Source: Mytilus edulis (taxonomy: Eukaryota). Taken from it: a stretch of DNA of 64,000 nucleotides. The stretch is taken from contig NC_092346.1 in assembly GCF_963676685.1 (NCBI RefSeq), positions 60,698,001 to 60,762,000 of the forward strand, read 5' to 3'. The notes under the pieces were generated by a model. It worked only from the letters and a program-made list of their open reading frames with translations, was not told where the DNA came from and did not search any database. Position numbers and translations under genes: made by a program. Positions 12,901-25,900 of the stretch are shown here, piece after piece (the first letter of the stretch is position 1; each line of letters opens with the position of its first letter).

Positions 12901-13391
12901 ATGACGAATTAAAAATATATGTGCAGCATTCAAATCCATAAAATCGGAATACATTCAAATCATAAATCTGTTCTTGCCGAGTATGTTTAGGCAACACATC
13001 TAATATATTCCTTTCTTATGATTTCGCATCTTCTATATTTGGCGTATTATTTGACCGTTATTGAATGTGTACTTGCACGTTGTCTAAGAATGTATGACAT
13101 TTGTCATCAGAAGGAGCGGAGCGTCAGACAATGTCAAACGTGAAGCAGTCATCGATTTCATTTAGGGAAAGGAATGGTAACCTGAAACATTGGGATAGCC
13201 ATTTACTAATTGCAATGTCACTTGATTTGTCTTTATACTCTGTGCTCAGCCAATATAAAAGTATAAACTTACCTGTAACTTACCTGTAAATCCAATTAGG
13301 AAAAAATATAAAATCGGCGCAAATGAAAAAATGAAATCGGCGCAAATGAAAGAATGAAAATTTTCAAAATCGGCGCAAATGTCATACGCCC
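12901..13391. mobile_element. Right arm of an older non-autonomous DNA element, probably the target of the Kolobok insertion
   Basis: Three AAATCGGCGCAAATG subterminal repeats ending in GTCATACGCCC; no matching left end in the window. Confidence 0.5.
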
Positions 13392-13551
13392 ATTTTATGG
13401 CATTGATGAAACATCTGATTATACAATATTAAAATTATTAAAAAAACCTGTTTTACCTCTTTGTCTTTTTACATTTCAGAGTAACATCCTAATATGATTT
13501 GGTAAATGACCTGTATACCAGTTAGTTATGAATGAGCATTAATTCTCCATG

Positions 13552-13841
13552 AACAAGAATGTGTCCCAAGTACATGGATGCCACACTCGCACTATCATTT
13601 TCTATGTTCAGTGGACTGTAAAATTGGGGTAAAAACTCTAATTTGGCATTAAAATTAGAAAGATCATATCATAAGTAAAATGTGTACTAAGTTTCAAGTT
13701 GATTGGACTTCAACTTCATCATAAACTACCTTGACCAAAAACTTTAACCTGAAGTGGGACAAAGAAACGAACGGACAGACGAACAGACCCACAGATCAGA
13801 AAACATAATGCCTCTCTACTATCGTAGGTGGGGCATAAAAA
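13552..13841 (-). mobile_element. Helentron-associated (HINE/DINE-1-like) non-autonomous element
   Basis: AACAAG end, GACGGACAGACGAACAGAC microsatellite, and ...GGGGCATAAAAA end, an architecture typical of these elements. Confidence 0.6.
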
Positions 13842-13926
13842 TCTTTTCACATAGATAAATCATAGTAAGTCACATAGCAACTGAGAATAGAACTTAGATA
13901 CAACACTTAGCTCTCTGTCAACTTAC

Positions 13927-16900
13927 ATCATAACTATCTTGGTAGTCCAAGAGAACTAACTTCTCAAGAGCAGATGGTGTTCCTCCTATATCTGTGTCAA
14001 TGAAAGCTGAAATCATACAAAAAAGTTGGTAAATTACTTATTTCTTCTTAGAGTAGATATGAAATGAGAAGAGCAGTGTGTTAATATTCAGGAATTTTGT
14101 ATGTCTATGAGGATTTAAGCTGGAGGTTTTCCCTGACAATGTTCTTGATATGCATTAATTGTATTTTTTTTAAATTCTAAGTAGAGTTTGAAAAATATAC
14201 CAAAATACTGACTTTCAACAATATTTTGTTGTTTGTGTTTTTTGTTTTCCTGAATTAAGCCAAACCCAACGTTCTTAATTTAACTGCCATATATTTTTAA
14301 AATCCTAATTCTTACCTAGAGCATAACTAACAGTAAGGGAAACATCCATATTCACTGCAGCACCAAATATAACAACTCCATTACTGCAAAAAATGTTTAT
14401 AGAAGCTGTTACATTTCTAATTGACTGATTTCTGGTTGCTTAATGCCCAGTGGCAAGTATTTGATATATATTAAGTTTTTTGTTTGTTTGATATCAAACC
14501 ACATCTAGCAGTAACTACAACCTTTTAGTTAAGTAAAGCTGTTTTGAAGATAAAAAAAGTAGTTATCAAAATCAAATATACAGTTGATAACAATATCTTA
14601 AAAAGAACACATTGTTAAAGGGGTACTAGCTGTCAATATCATGTTTACCCATTTGATGCAAATTCTCAAACTTGATTTATAACAATTTAAAACATTTATC
14701 TAAATCATTAACAGTCTAAAATAAACAATTAACAGAGCATGGACTCGAATTTATGTAGATTCGTTTTGTGGGTATTTTAGTCTAGACCGCATCTAACTAA
14801 CTATCGAGGTTGAGAGAGATCTGTTTGCGCCAAAAATGCGTCCTTTTGTGCCACAACTTTTTTCTCTCAAATGCTACGTTTGCGCCACATGTTTTAAAAT
14901 TAGATGGTTTCATTTGCGCCAAAAATAAACATACGATTGCGCCAGTTAAAAGAAAATTACTTCCTTACTCCTTTATTCGGACTTGGAACCGGCAGTGTAA
15001 CACTGCACATGTTTCCTTTTCTGAAACATATGTTTTTATTACTGCTGCTGCATGGGTACTTCCCAATTTAATGTATGTAGTAGCTTTTAACTTCTTTTTA
15101 TTGTCCAAAAACACAAACATTGAAGGATGAAATCCATAAAATAGTTAATAATAGTTCATAAGAATAATAAAGCCCATACGCATGGTGGGAACAAAGCTCT
15201 GTGTCATCAACATTTGTGGCTAAAACATAAAGAGCAAAAACTTCTATTTTCTATATTGGCATATCTTTGTTAAGCAAAGCAATAAGTTTTATTCTCTCTC
15301 TGTACATTGACTGTCTAATGCTGCTTAAGTCATTTAATTTAAAACATGTTATACCTTTTGGGGCAAAAATAAGAATACATATATAGTAATCATTAATATT
15401 TATGATAGATATATGTACAGGCAAATTGGCGCAAATGAGTTCCGAATATTGGCGCAATTGATACATTTTGAAAAATAAAATTTGGCGCAAATGATACCCC
15501 ATAAAAACAGTAATTGGCGCAAAAGGACTGCTGCCGAGGTTGACCTAGTAAAACCTTCGATCACCATATAAGGTATATAAACATAAATATAGCTATAAAT
15601 AGATTAAGTGAAATCGTGCAATTTTATTTTTCTATGTCTATTTAATTTTATATTATAGATTATAAAAATGTGTTAATCATCTTTTTACTTGTATTAGAAT
15701 GATTTTTTGTCAATCGAATCAGTCAATCAAATGATTTACCTTTAATTCACTTTCAATGTTGACATTCTTTTCATTTAAAAGACTCATGCATTATCCATCT
15801 CTAGCTAAGGGGTTAAATTGAAGGTCACATGAATATGGATTCAATGAGGTCAAATTATTCACTTGTAAGTGAATAATTAATCTTCAAAGTTTCTTAGCTT
15901 ATTTAGTCTAAATTGAACTATACTTGCTGCTAAAAGTGAATTATTATTTCACCATTTCACTTTCATTTATGATTGAACAAAAAAAATCTTATTTAAAAAA
16001 AATTTCATATATCTCGTAGCTTGTGCCCCTTTTAAACAAAAACATCCATTTTAAACTTACTAATGTTACTTTGTGATTTATTCTTATATTCGAAATATCT
16101 TAAAACTTGTTAAAAGTAAATAACACAATAAGTATACCTGGTGGACTGCATGTCTATCAACCAAGATTTAAACTGTGTCAGATGCTTGGAATCTTGATCC
16201 TAAAAATGAGAGCACAAACTAACTGAAATAAGTCACATATTACATTTAAACATTTTTTTCTTGTTTTACTGAGATCAGACAGTTTGTTCAATTTGACGAA
16301 GTGTTATCCAATACATTCCATGAAAAGTTCAACAGTAAATTGTTGTCCAGATTCAGGCAATTTTAAGATTGACATCAGGTTTGTAACATGTTGATTGTTA
16401 AATGTTTGTTGTTGACATGCATGTAGATGTCTTTTATGGTTTCGTTACTCTTTTTTTATGTTCATCCATTCTTATTCATATTCAAGTGGATTATTTTCCT
16501 ATTGCTTGTAAGGATTTGTGAATCATGTCAATTAGAAACTTTTTTTAATACACATGCAGTGAAACCCACCTTTTAAGCTATGGCATACTATCATGCTTTT
16601 TTTCCCCCTGAATACTGTAGTTTCTATTCCAGTGCTAATATTTCCAAAACTTGATCAATTAACAATTATGTAACAATGGTGATACATAAAAAAAATTTGT
16701 TCATTAAGATTGGGAGACAACAAATACATGGTAACGTGTTGGTTATTCTTCCTATAAAACGCAACATACAAAACTGCATGTGCAGGGAATTATGTTTTTG
16801 TTTTCATTATGATGTTTGGATTGAACACCATTTGGTTTTTATGCCCAATCTAGGGGCATCATGTTTTTCCATCTATTCATCAGTCTGTCTGTTCATCTGT

Positions 16901-19900
16901 TTGTCAGTCTGTCTGTTCATCTGTTCATTTAATCAGGTTCCCTTAATCTGTTCGTCAGTCTGTCTGTTCATCTGTTCGTCAGTCTGTCTGTTCATCTGTT
17001 CGTTTAGTCAGGTTCCCTTAATCAGTTCGTCAGTCTGTCTGTTCATCTGTTCGTCAGTCAGGTTACCTTAATCTGTTCTCTTGCCAATAGCAGACATAAA
17101 TTATTTGCGAGTTTTTCATAAATTTTTTAAAACTTCTATTTTGATTTCTGATTAAAACTAATGAAGATAAAATCAATTACTACATCTATTCAATCTTACC
17201 CAAAGTTTCCTTGCAATACTCTCCCTAAACATTCTGTCTACATCAACTTGATAAAACAACTGAAAAATATTTCAAAATTAATAAATGATAAAATCTCAAT
17301 CTTTAAAATTACAATAATTACATTACATGTATGTTTCATTATACATTTCAAAATGAATTCCATGAGGTGAACCAACGCCTGTGTGAATCATTTCAATAGC
17401 GTCCGTGAAGTGGATACCTTGGTCAAATTATGCAAATGAATGCAAAATTAAAATAATACTCTAAATTGACAACAACACTTCAAATGGTCTGCAATTTTAT
17501 TTGCTATGGTCTACATGTTTCGCCTGCAAGGCAGGCTTCATCAGGACAATTTTTATACAAAAATTAATCCCTGAAGTACTCAAAGTGGTGCAAATTTGAC
17601 GTCGTCATGATGAGAGAAACAATGAAAAGTGAAAGTAGCAATACAGAGTTATAAATAGATAAGATAAATAAAGAAAATTAAAGTTTGTTTACAATGTAAC
17701 ACGAGTTCGTTTTACTATTATATGATACATGAAATTGTTCTTTAGGTTTGGTATCTAATTGGACGAACTTCCCATTGTTCCTACCCCTTCGCAAGGCTTC
17801 TCTTCCAACCTTATAATATCCCAATAAATTTACAAAAAGAAGCATTCAATTCTTAAATAAAACACTGAACAACTTGAATAGCTTGTGAACTCTGATTCAA
17901 CATGATAAGAAACTTATCTAATCTAGGCTATACAGCTTACTAAATTTTTTTACATCCACTTCATTTGAACTTTGGTGGATAGTTGTCTCTTTAGATATCA
18001 TCAATTTGATACTAGGAGAGAGAGAGAGTGCATTGTTCATAAGGAGGCAAATACCAAAAGAGATGGTTGGTTTATTGTTTTTTTTTAAAATCTGAAATAG
18101 CATTATCTTAACATAGCAATGTAATAGAATATAGGTGAAGTAAGTGTGTTTACCCTTTCTGTAATGCCTTCACCTACAGTCCACTTTTGTAATTGGGTAC
18201 CAGATAGTACATAGAATGAAAAATCATCATCATCTTCTGTTAGACCAACAGTAATGGCTTGTAATGGCTAAAACATTCGGTAAAGAAATGATAAAATATC
18301 ATATAAATTACAGTTACATACAGATAAATCAATCTCAAACCATAATATTGATGCCAACCAATATGTATCATTTTAGCCTTACTATGCTTTGTGATTTGGG
18401 GGCCTTTTATAGCTGACCATGCGGTATGGGCTTTGCTTATTGTTTAAGGCCTTATAGTCCAGTCATTCTAGCCAAAATATGACCAAACCTCAAACTAATT
18501 GCAACAGAATGTTCTTCTAGTTTTCCAAGCTGGTTTAGGTGTACTGTTGAACATAAAAAAAATCGAGAATGTTTGGATGAAGGGAAATTGTTAATTTTGG
18601 GTGAAAACCTTGATTTTTTGTGAAAAATCGCTGAAAACTGGTGATTTGCCGTGACTCAAAAACAAAAATAGCAACTTGCATAATTTTTAATGAAGTCAAT
18701 AGATCTTAATACAGTAATGATTTATTTAAACGTTCATTTATTTAAAAGATCAGGAAATTGAAAATTTTGGGTGAAAACCTTGAATTTTGATGAAAAATCG
18801 CCGAAAACTGGAAATTTGCCGTGACTAAAAAACAAAAATAGCAACGGACACAATTTTTAAGAAAGTCATTAGATCTTATTATAGTTATGATTTATGTAAA
18901 CGTTGATGAACTGCAAAGATCAGGAAATTGAAAATTTTGGGTGAAAGCCTTTGATTTTGATGAAAAATCGCCGAAAACTGGAAATTTGATGCGACTAAAA
19001 AACGAAAATAGCAACGTACATAATTTTTAATCAAGTCAATAGATCTTATAACAATAATAAAGAAATATAAACTATGATGATTTTTGAAGTATAGGAAGTG
19101 ATAATTTTGGGTGAAAATGTTAGTATTTTTGATAAAAACTGGGAATTTATGTTTTCTTAATAAAAATCAAATTATATCATGAGTCTTCAAATTAATTTTA
19201 TATATATGTGAAGTGTTTAGATGGATCAAATAATGACCAATTCGTAAAATCAATAGATCATATAACAACAATAAAAAACGATTGACCGGTATTATACTTT
19301 TTTTTAAACCAAAATATTTACTTTATATGATAACAAAACCATGCAATTGTTTACCGAAACCCCTTAATTATGCTTATTATGGTTTTTGCGTACTCTACAT
19401 AAATCTTTAGAAATTGATTGTCACTTAATCGTCCATGTCAACTGTTTTGCTCGAATTTGTACAACCAGTTCCTTTACATTCGCCACAAGCTACTGAACAT
19501 TCAAGTCCGTTTTTTCTACAAGTACATCTTTTAGTGTCACAGTTTGTCTTACAATTGCATCGAATAATGTTCAGCAATTTAGAGGGAGCTGCGTCCATTG
19601 TACACTTAACCGGAACAAGGTTTCCATTAGCGACTTTCCAACCCCATTCACACGGATTTAGATTGTCCTTGTTCATCCACATTTTCATTTGAAGATAAGC
19701 TCTCTGGCTATGAAATGAAGCCGCATTTGATGTTGGCGGCAAAGTATGAATTTGAACGCATGTTTTGTTTGTCAATACTCTTGCAGCAAACTTCCTGTAG
19801 CGAAGAACATTCAGTCCTTCATATGGAGCACCATTATATAAAGAGGAAATAATGTTTTCACCAGCAGAAATAACATCATCATTTGCGTTAGCATTGTAAA

Positions 19901-22900
19901 GTAACTGTGCCTGACTCTTAAGAAAGTCATGTTCTCCAAATTTCTTTAGGGTCGCTGCCTTACTGACACCGAACATTCTTGAAGTTGTGTCACAACCACT
20001 GATAGCATGAATTAAAGGTAAAAATGTACATAGTTCCTCACCAAGCAGCAATTTGGTCTTCAAAATATCCCATATTTTAATATGTGTGTTAACTTTTGAC
20101 ACATTGCCGGATTTGAATATCAGCGAATTTGATGTAACGTCCGCATGATGAAGGAGTAGTACCAAAAGATCAGTGTCCTCTCCAAGCAAAACAGTTGCTT
20201 TTGTTTTCGCTGATTCGATGGCAGTAAGGGCAATCAAAACATCAGCATCGGCATCTGCGTGTTTAGTTTTGATTCCCTTTTCTACCATCTTTGCACTCAA
20301 GAGATTAATAAAGTTCTGCTTATTCTCAATGTTTGCTAAAAATATTTCTTTTTTAGATTTGAAAGGAGTTCTTTCTGTGAATGAAACTTTTGTGCCTATG
20401 ATTCCTTTGGTGCGCCGCTGATGAGTGGCATCTTTAGTATCTGGACCCGAAGCATATCCATCAAATACAACTATAGCTTTACTGTATTTCCGTTCTACGC
20501 TGTCAATGTACCTTTGACAAATTTCACCGAAAGAAAGTCCGCTTTGCCAGTGTATACGATGGAGAAGAGAGCCGCCATCAATAACATACTGAGTTTCGTC
20601 GTTTTCGCTCATTTCAAATGCGCAACAGTCGCCCTTTCCCCAAATAGCATCTGCAAGACTAGACTTTTGCGCTGTTCGCATGAGACCATTTGGATCAAAC
20701 ATTGAGCTGGGATGACTACAGAGTTCATAGGTGAATATTTCGGACTGATCTTCATATATGCCATTTGATGCAGCAAGAAAGCGCTGGAAGAGAAGCTGTG
20801 AATCAACAATAATGACATCATCATCAACTTTGATAGCCGATTTTGCACTTAAGATAGTGGCCTGTTCTTTCCTTTTAAATGAAAATTCATCTATTTTTTT
20901 TCCGTCCATGGACTTCAGTATTTTAATGCCTAATTCCCTCGAATTATCAACATTGACAAATTTGTCCGCCGAGACCCCTGTTTCTATGTTTCGCAAACTC
21001 GTTTCCTCTACAAAAGGACTTCTGTTAATAAGAAACGATAAAAATGTTTTCAAATCTTGACAGTCTCTTGATCTCCTTGACTCCCCACCTTCTTTATGTT
21101 GGTCACTTGTTCCATAATTGACTCCAGTAAACTCTTGCAAAGCATTGTTCATTTCCGCGCAGTCTGGCATAGATAAAATCCATTGGGCTCGCTGACCCTC
21201 TGACATACCTCTTCCTCGAGTCATACCGCCTGTCGTCTTTAAGCTTCTCATTAAAACCTGTTCTATGACCAAATCAGAAGAAAGACCTGCCCAAAATTTA
21301 TCACTCCTCCTTATAACATGATGGCCTGATTGTAGAAAAGCTAATACTTCGGGATGGGTTGTTTTCAAGTTCTCCATTTGTTGTAAGTATACCCGTGATG
21401 ATTTGACATACAGATTGTGTCCCGAAGCTGCAAGATACGGAAGCATGTCCTTGACTGTCTGTAAATGTAGTTCCCAGTTACCAGTCCTTTCAGCTTTGAT
21501 GAATCTACGGAGAATATCTATCATATCCATATATTGGAACCATAGTTGTGAAGTACGATAACTTTTGTGTGACTCCCGAAAGTTATCTATCCTAGATTTA
21601 ATTTGATCTATTAAAACATCGTCGCAAGCTTTTTCGACAGATATGTCTCCTTTCAGTAGTTCATCCAACATCGCATCTGCTTCATGCAATTCATCCGAAA
21701 GATCATCAGCGTTAATATCGGTACTGTTGGTATTTATGTAATTTGCTGGATTAATATCATTGGTACCAGTCTCATTTTCGATTTCATCTGGAAGTGGTAT
21801 GCCGTATATGTGTGACAAGATTATTGACGTGAGAGCTGTATCTATCAAAAAATGTGCCCTTACTGCTCGTGCAATCGCCTTTCCACTAGTCATATGAGTT
21901 ACTGCATTTGGTGCATACACTGTTTCAAGTAGCTCAGTGATTCCTGATCCTTCCATCAAGTGACCAATGCCGCCTACAAAACTCATTTCTAAATGAAAGC
22001 CTCCAAGTCTCAAGATAACTGACTTTAAAGGACTGTTCAATGGTTCATCTTTAATTATGTTCATTGCCTTCCAATAGAGGGGTTGATCAAATGTCAAAAT
22101 AGGTACACAATGTTGAGCCTTTGCGTGCTTGCCTATGAAGTTAAGTGTTGAATTTATACATGTGAGATCACTAGGATTCATGTCTATCATTGGCAAAAAA
22201 ACAACAGATGATCTTCCTGGGTAGTCACCGTCCATCACTTTGTGCATTATTGCGGACCAACTGGGTCGGTTGCATGTCAAAGGCCAGCATACTTTTGACA
22301 GAAGGTCTAACTTCCACGTTGTATCGATCATATTTGGCTCATAATTCATGGTTGCGAACTCTGCCTGTAATGATTGTTTAGATTGCATTTTATAATATTC
22401 TATGTTAATTTTTGCTAGGTCAGAGACTTCCTTTAGTGTGGGAGACAGCCTAGGGACAGCTTTGTCAAGTCTGAATCCTGGAGTGACAGCTGCAATCATG
22501 CCCATACCATAAAATGTTCCATGACCGTCTAAAGTTCTCAGATTATGGTCTACGTTATCAGCTATGTACTGAACGAAAGTGCCATTCCCAAACTGTGTGT
22601 TGGTTCTGTCATGAGCAGCAGCAGCAGCATTAAGTTCAAATCGTTGAACCTCTGTGTAGGAAGAAGCGAAACCAAGAGTGTTCAAAGTGTCCAATAAAAA
22701 TCTTGATCCAAAGTGATGGTGCATTTGTACACTGAGGGCAATTTGTAGCGGTGCAATAAGTGTTCTTGGTCGGGAAGCCTGAATAATAGCTTGACCAACA
22801 GATGCAACTTTAACAGAAGAGTCGTTTTGACTAAATAATGTACGTAGTAATGTTTGTAACGAATCTGGGACAAATGTAATGTTTTGCTCTGAGTTTATAT

Positions 22901-25900
22901 CAACAGAAGACGGATACACAGCTTTTGAATCTTTAAGACTCATAATATCAGCCTTTATTAACTTAGCTGCTGTTTCTATCATCGATAGTTTTTCCTCTTC
23001 TGGACTCTTAGATGATGGTCTTCTGTAAAATTCGTTCAGTATAGATGATGCTGTTCTCCTGAATGTGACTATATTCGGCTTTCCGTTTACTTCCGTGATG
23101 ATGATATCGGATCCAAAATAAGTTTGCAGTCTCTTTTTCATGTGCACCACACTATACGCCTTATCTCCACAAATGTCTTCCATAGCCTGAACAAGATCGC
23201 TTACGGATGCAAGTTCGTCTTGTGTTTCTTCCAATTGTCTAACTATTTGCAGGAAAGCTTTCTCTGATGAATCTTCTTTTGGTCGTCCTGGTGTCGTTCG
23301 TTTGACTTCTTTGTTTGCTTGCTTCGAGACGGGGATTTGCTTACCAGTTCTAAAATTAACACTACATGTTTGGTGGTATATTGCGTCTGCCGCGTGCAAA
23401 TCTGATGGTGCAATGTTGAGCCTCCTCAAAACGATTTCGGACCATTCATCATTTCTTTCTTTGCAGATGTTTCTAAGGGTGTTAGAAAAATCTGTTGTCC
23501 TGACAGGAAACACGTCGATTCCCCTTTTGCTCTCTGAAAATTTTGCAAAACATCCACAAAATAAACAGTTCTTCTGGAACTCAAAATCAGGAGTAGAAGA
23601 TCGTAAGTCACGAGTTGGCTCGGTTATCGATACATCCTTATCTCGCATGTCCTTCTTGATTGAGTTAGCATTAATGTAATCACGTCGACATTTCTGATGA
23701 ACTTTTTGTCCTGGAGTTGTGACAATTGTATCATTTCTGGTTTGGCTGGTCCTATTAACCGTGTTACATCCTTTTTCTCTTAGTTGTGTTATTTCTTCAC
23801 CATTTAGTAGAGACACCCGACAAAAAACACAAGCATCCATCATTACCTAAAAAAAAAGAAGATCAAACTGTTAAGATGAGATTCAATGATTTTGATTTTG
23901 CTTTCATTTTATTTTTATCATATAAGATTTGTTTTGAATACAATATTAAAAAAGATATATGTTGACTTATAACCAATACATTATTCCGATGTCGTATCTG
24001 TTCTCAATTGAATTGTATAATTGTATTTTTGTTGAATATTAATTTCCTTTTTTTAGTGGATTAATAAATATTCATTTTTTATGATTTGATTTTTTTTTAA
24101 GTTGTCTCATCTCCTGTCCACCCTATATTTTTTTTTATTTCATCCTAGCCCCCATACTAACATGAAAAAATAAATGGTAGCTCCATAACACGATTTGTCT
24201 GCATCAATTTTGTATTTAATTATCGGTACAACTTCATTTTTCCATGAATTAAATTTAGTTCGATTGTAACTTTTTTGGCACTATCGGCGTTCCATAGTTT
24301 TTTTTTTTCGTCAGCAACTCCTGGCAATAAGAATAAAATTTCCTTTTTACGGGACTATTTAATGTATGTATTGTTTATACTGTAGTCCAAATATAAAAAA
24401 CAGAGCTGTTTTGTATGTGATTTCTGGTTTAGAAACCTCGGCAAACCGAAATGAGCTCATTTCTGCCGCGTACTACATTTTGACGTTTCCCGTGTATCTA
24501 CGCCTTTTAAAAACATCCAAAATACCTTGCATGGTAGCGTTATCTCTTAAGAATGTTAAATACGTATAAAACTTTTATATATAAGTTTTATATTAACTTA
24601 CCAGAATGAAAAGGATGGAACCTAGATGCGTCGTCTGCAGTTGACCATTACGAGTTGTCTCCCATATCGTCATTCTTAATCTACGGGCGCCATATCTTTC
24701 CATAATATTTGAAGTAAAATCCAGATTTTTTTAGGGCTAAAATTGACGACTTTCCCCTATTTCGATTTTTCTCGATTTTTGATATGTTTCTTATACGTTA
24801 TATTTCTCACGAATTCCACAAAAAACATTTCTGTTGCAATTAGTTTGAGGTATAACCATAGAATGACTGGACTATTATGGTGACCTATAGGCTATAGCTG
24901 TTAATTTTTATGTCATTTGGACTCTTGTGGAGAGTTGTCTCATTGGCAATCATACCACAAATTCTTTTTTTAAATAAGCAAGAGTTGATTCCCTTTGTCA
25001 AACTTCCGGTATTTGTTGTAGTTGAAATACAGGTATCAAGAAATATTTCTCTGGTCCGACTGACTTCAAGATAATGAGATTAAACTGTACTTATATCTGA
25101 CAAACTAATTTCTATAAACATCTGACAGGATCTTATTTGATAGATTTAGATTAATAATTCATTATTGAATTCAAGGGGCCAAATAAATAAGTTCCATCAA
25201 ACCTACTTTCTCCTTAACACCTCAGTTTGGATGGGATAGCAAGGTTAATAAAACTTACTGCTCCTGTAGGCTGGAGTGGTGAAGCACCAAAAATGAAAGA
25301 TGACATTTTTCTTCCTATACCAGAAAACATTCCTTGTGCTGACTTTAGCAGGTGACATGTTAATGTGTTCTGTTGAAAATAATTGCACTTTTAATAAACA
25401 GATGTAAAGGAAAATAATTATTAAACTAAATTCAAGCATAAAAAATAACCATATTTACTTGACATGTTTACACACAAAAATAAATAGTAAAAGTTAGTGA
25501 TCATGGAAGCAAAAGTTTCTATCACTGTCAAATTTGTCCTTTTCATTAAACCAGTAGGTTGCATAAAACTACATATCATCATGCATGTGTGAATGAATCT
25601 GTATGCTTTTGCTCAATTGATATACTGAATTTATACTTCCTTTTAACTGTCAATAAAAAAAAGATAAAAAAAAAATTGAAGGTATTTTTTCCTATAAGGA
25701 ATGCAAATAACACTGTTATAAGATAAATAAAGCATACCTTGTTTGTTGCTATATTTAGTAGTACAAGAGAACTTGTGGTTGTTGCTAACAAGCATCCAAA
25801 AGGCTGAAACAATGTAAAAAGTATGTTTAGAGCAAACATCAATTATTATATTATTTACAATAGATATTCAGAGATGCTAATTTTCTTATTGACAGCAAGC

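Larger units (their letters stand above)
18455..24874 (-). mobile_element. Autonomous Academ (AcademX-type) DNA transposon
   Basis: 3-bp TSD TTA (18452-18454, 24875-24877); perfect 16-bp TIR TAGTCCAGTCATTCTA; splits a common interspersed repeat whose intact form is seen near 27440-27580; single ~1500-aa ORF with transposase, XPG-like nuclease and Cys-rich finger, the described Academ architecture. Confidence 0.9.

Noticed and set aside
12367-13927. In-frame NUP133 exon 11 fusion to the Kolobok ORF
   Set aside because: The nearest candidate acceptor (~12383) is out of phase and has a TAA in the transposase frame just before the ATG.
16676-17071. 131-aa ORF with SVCLFICS repeats
   Set aside because: Translation of a microsatellite in a HINE-like element.
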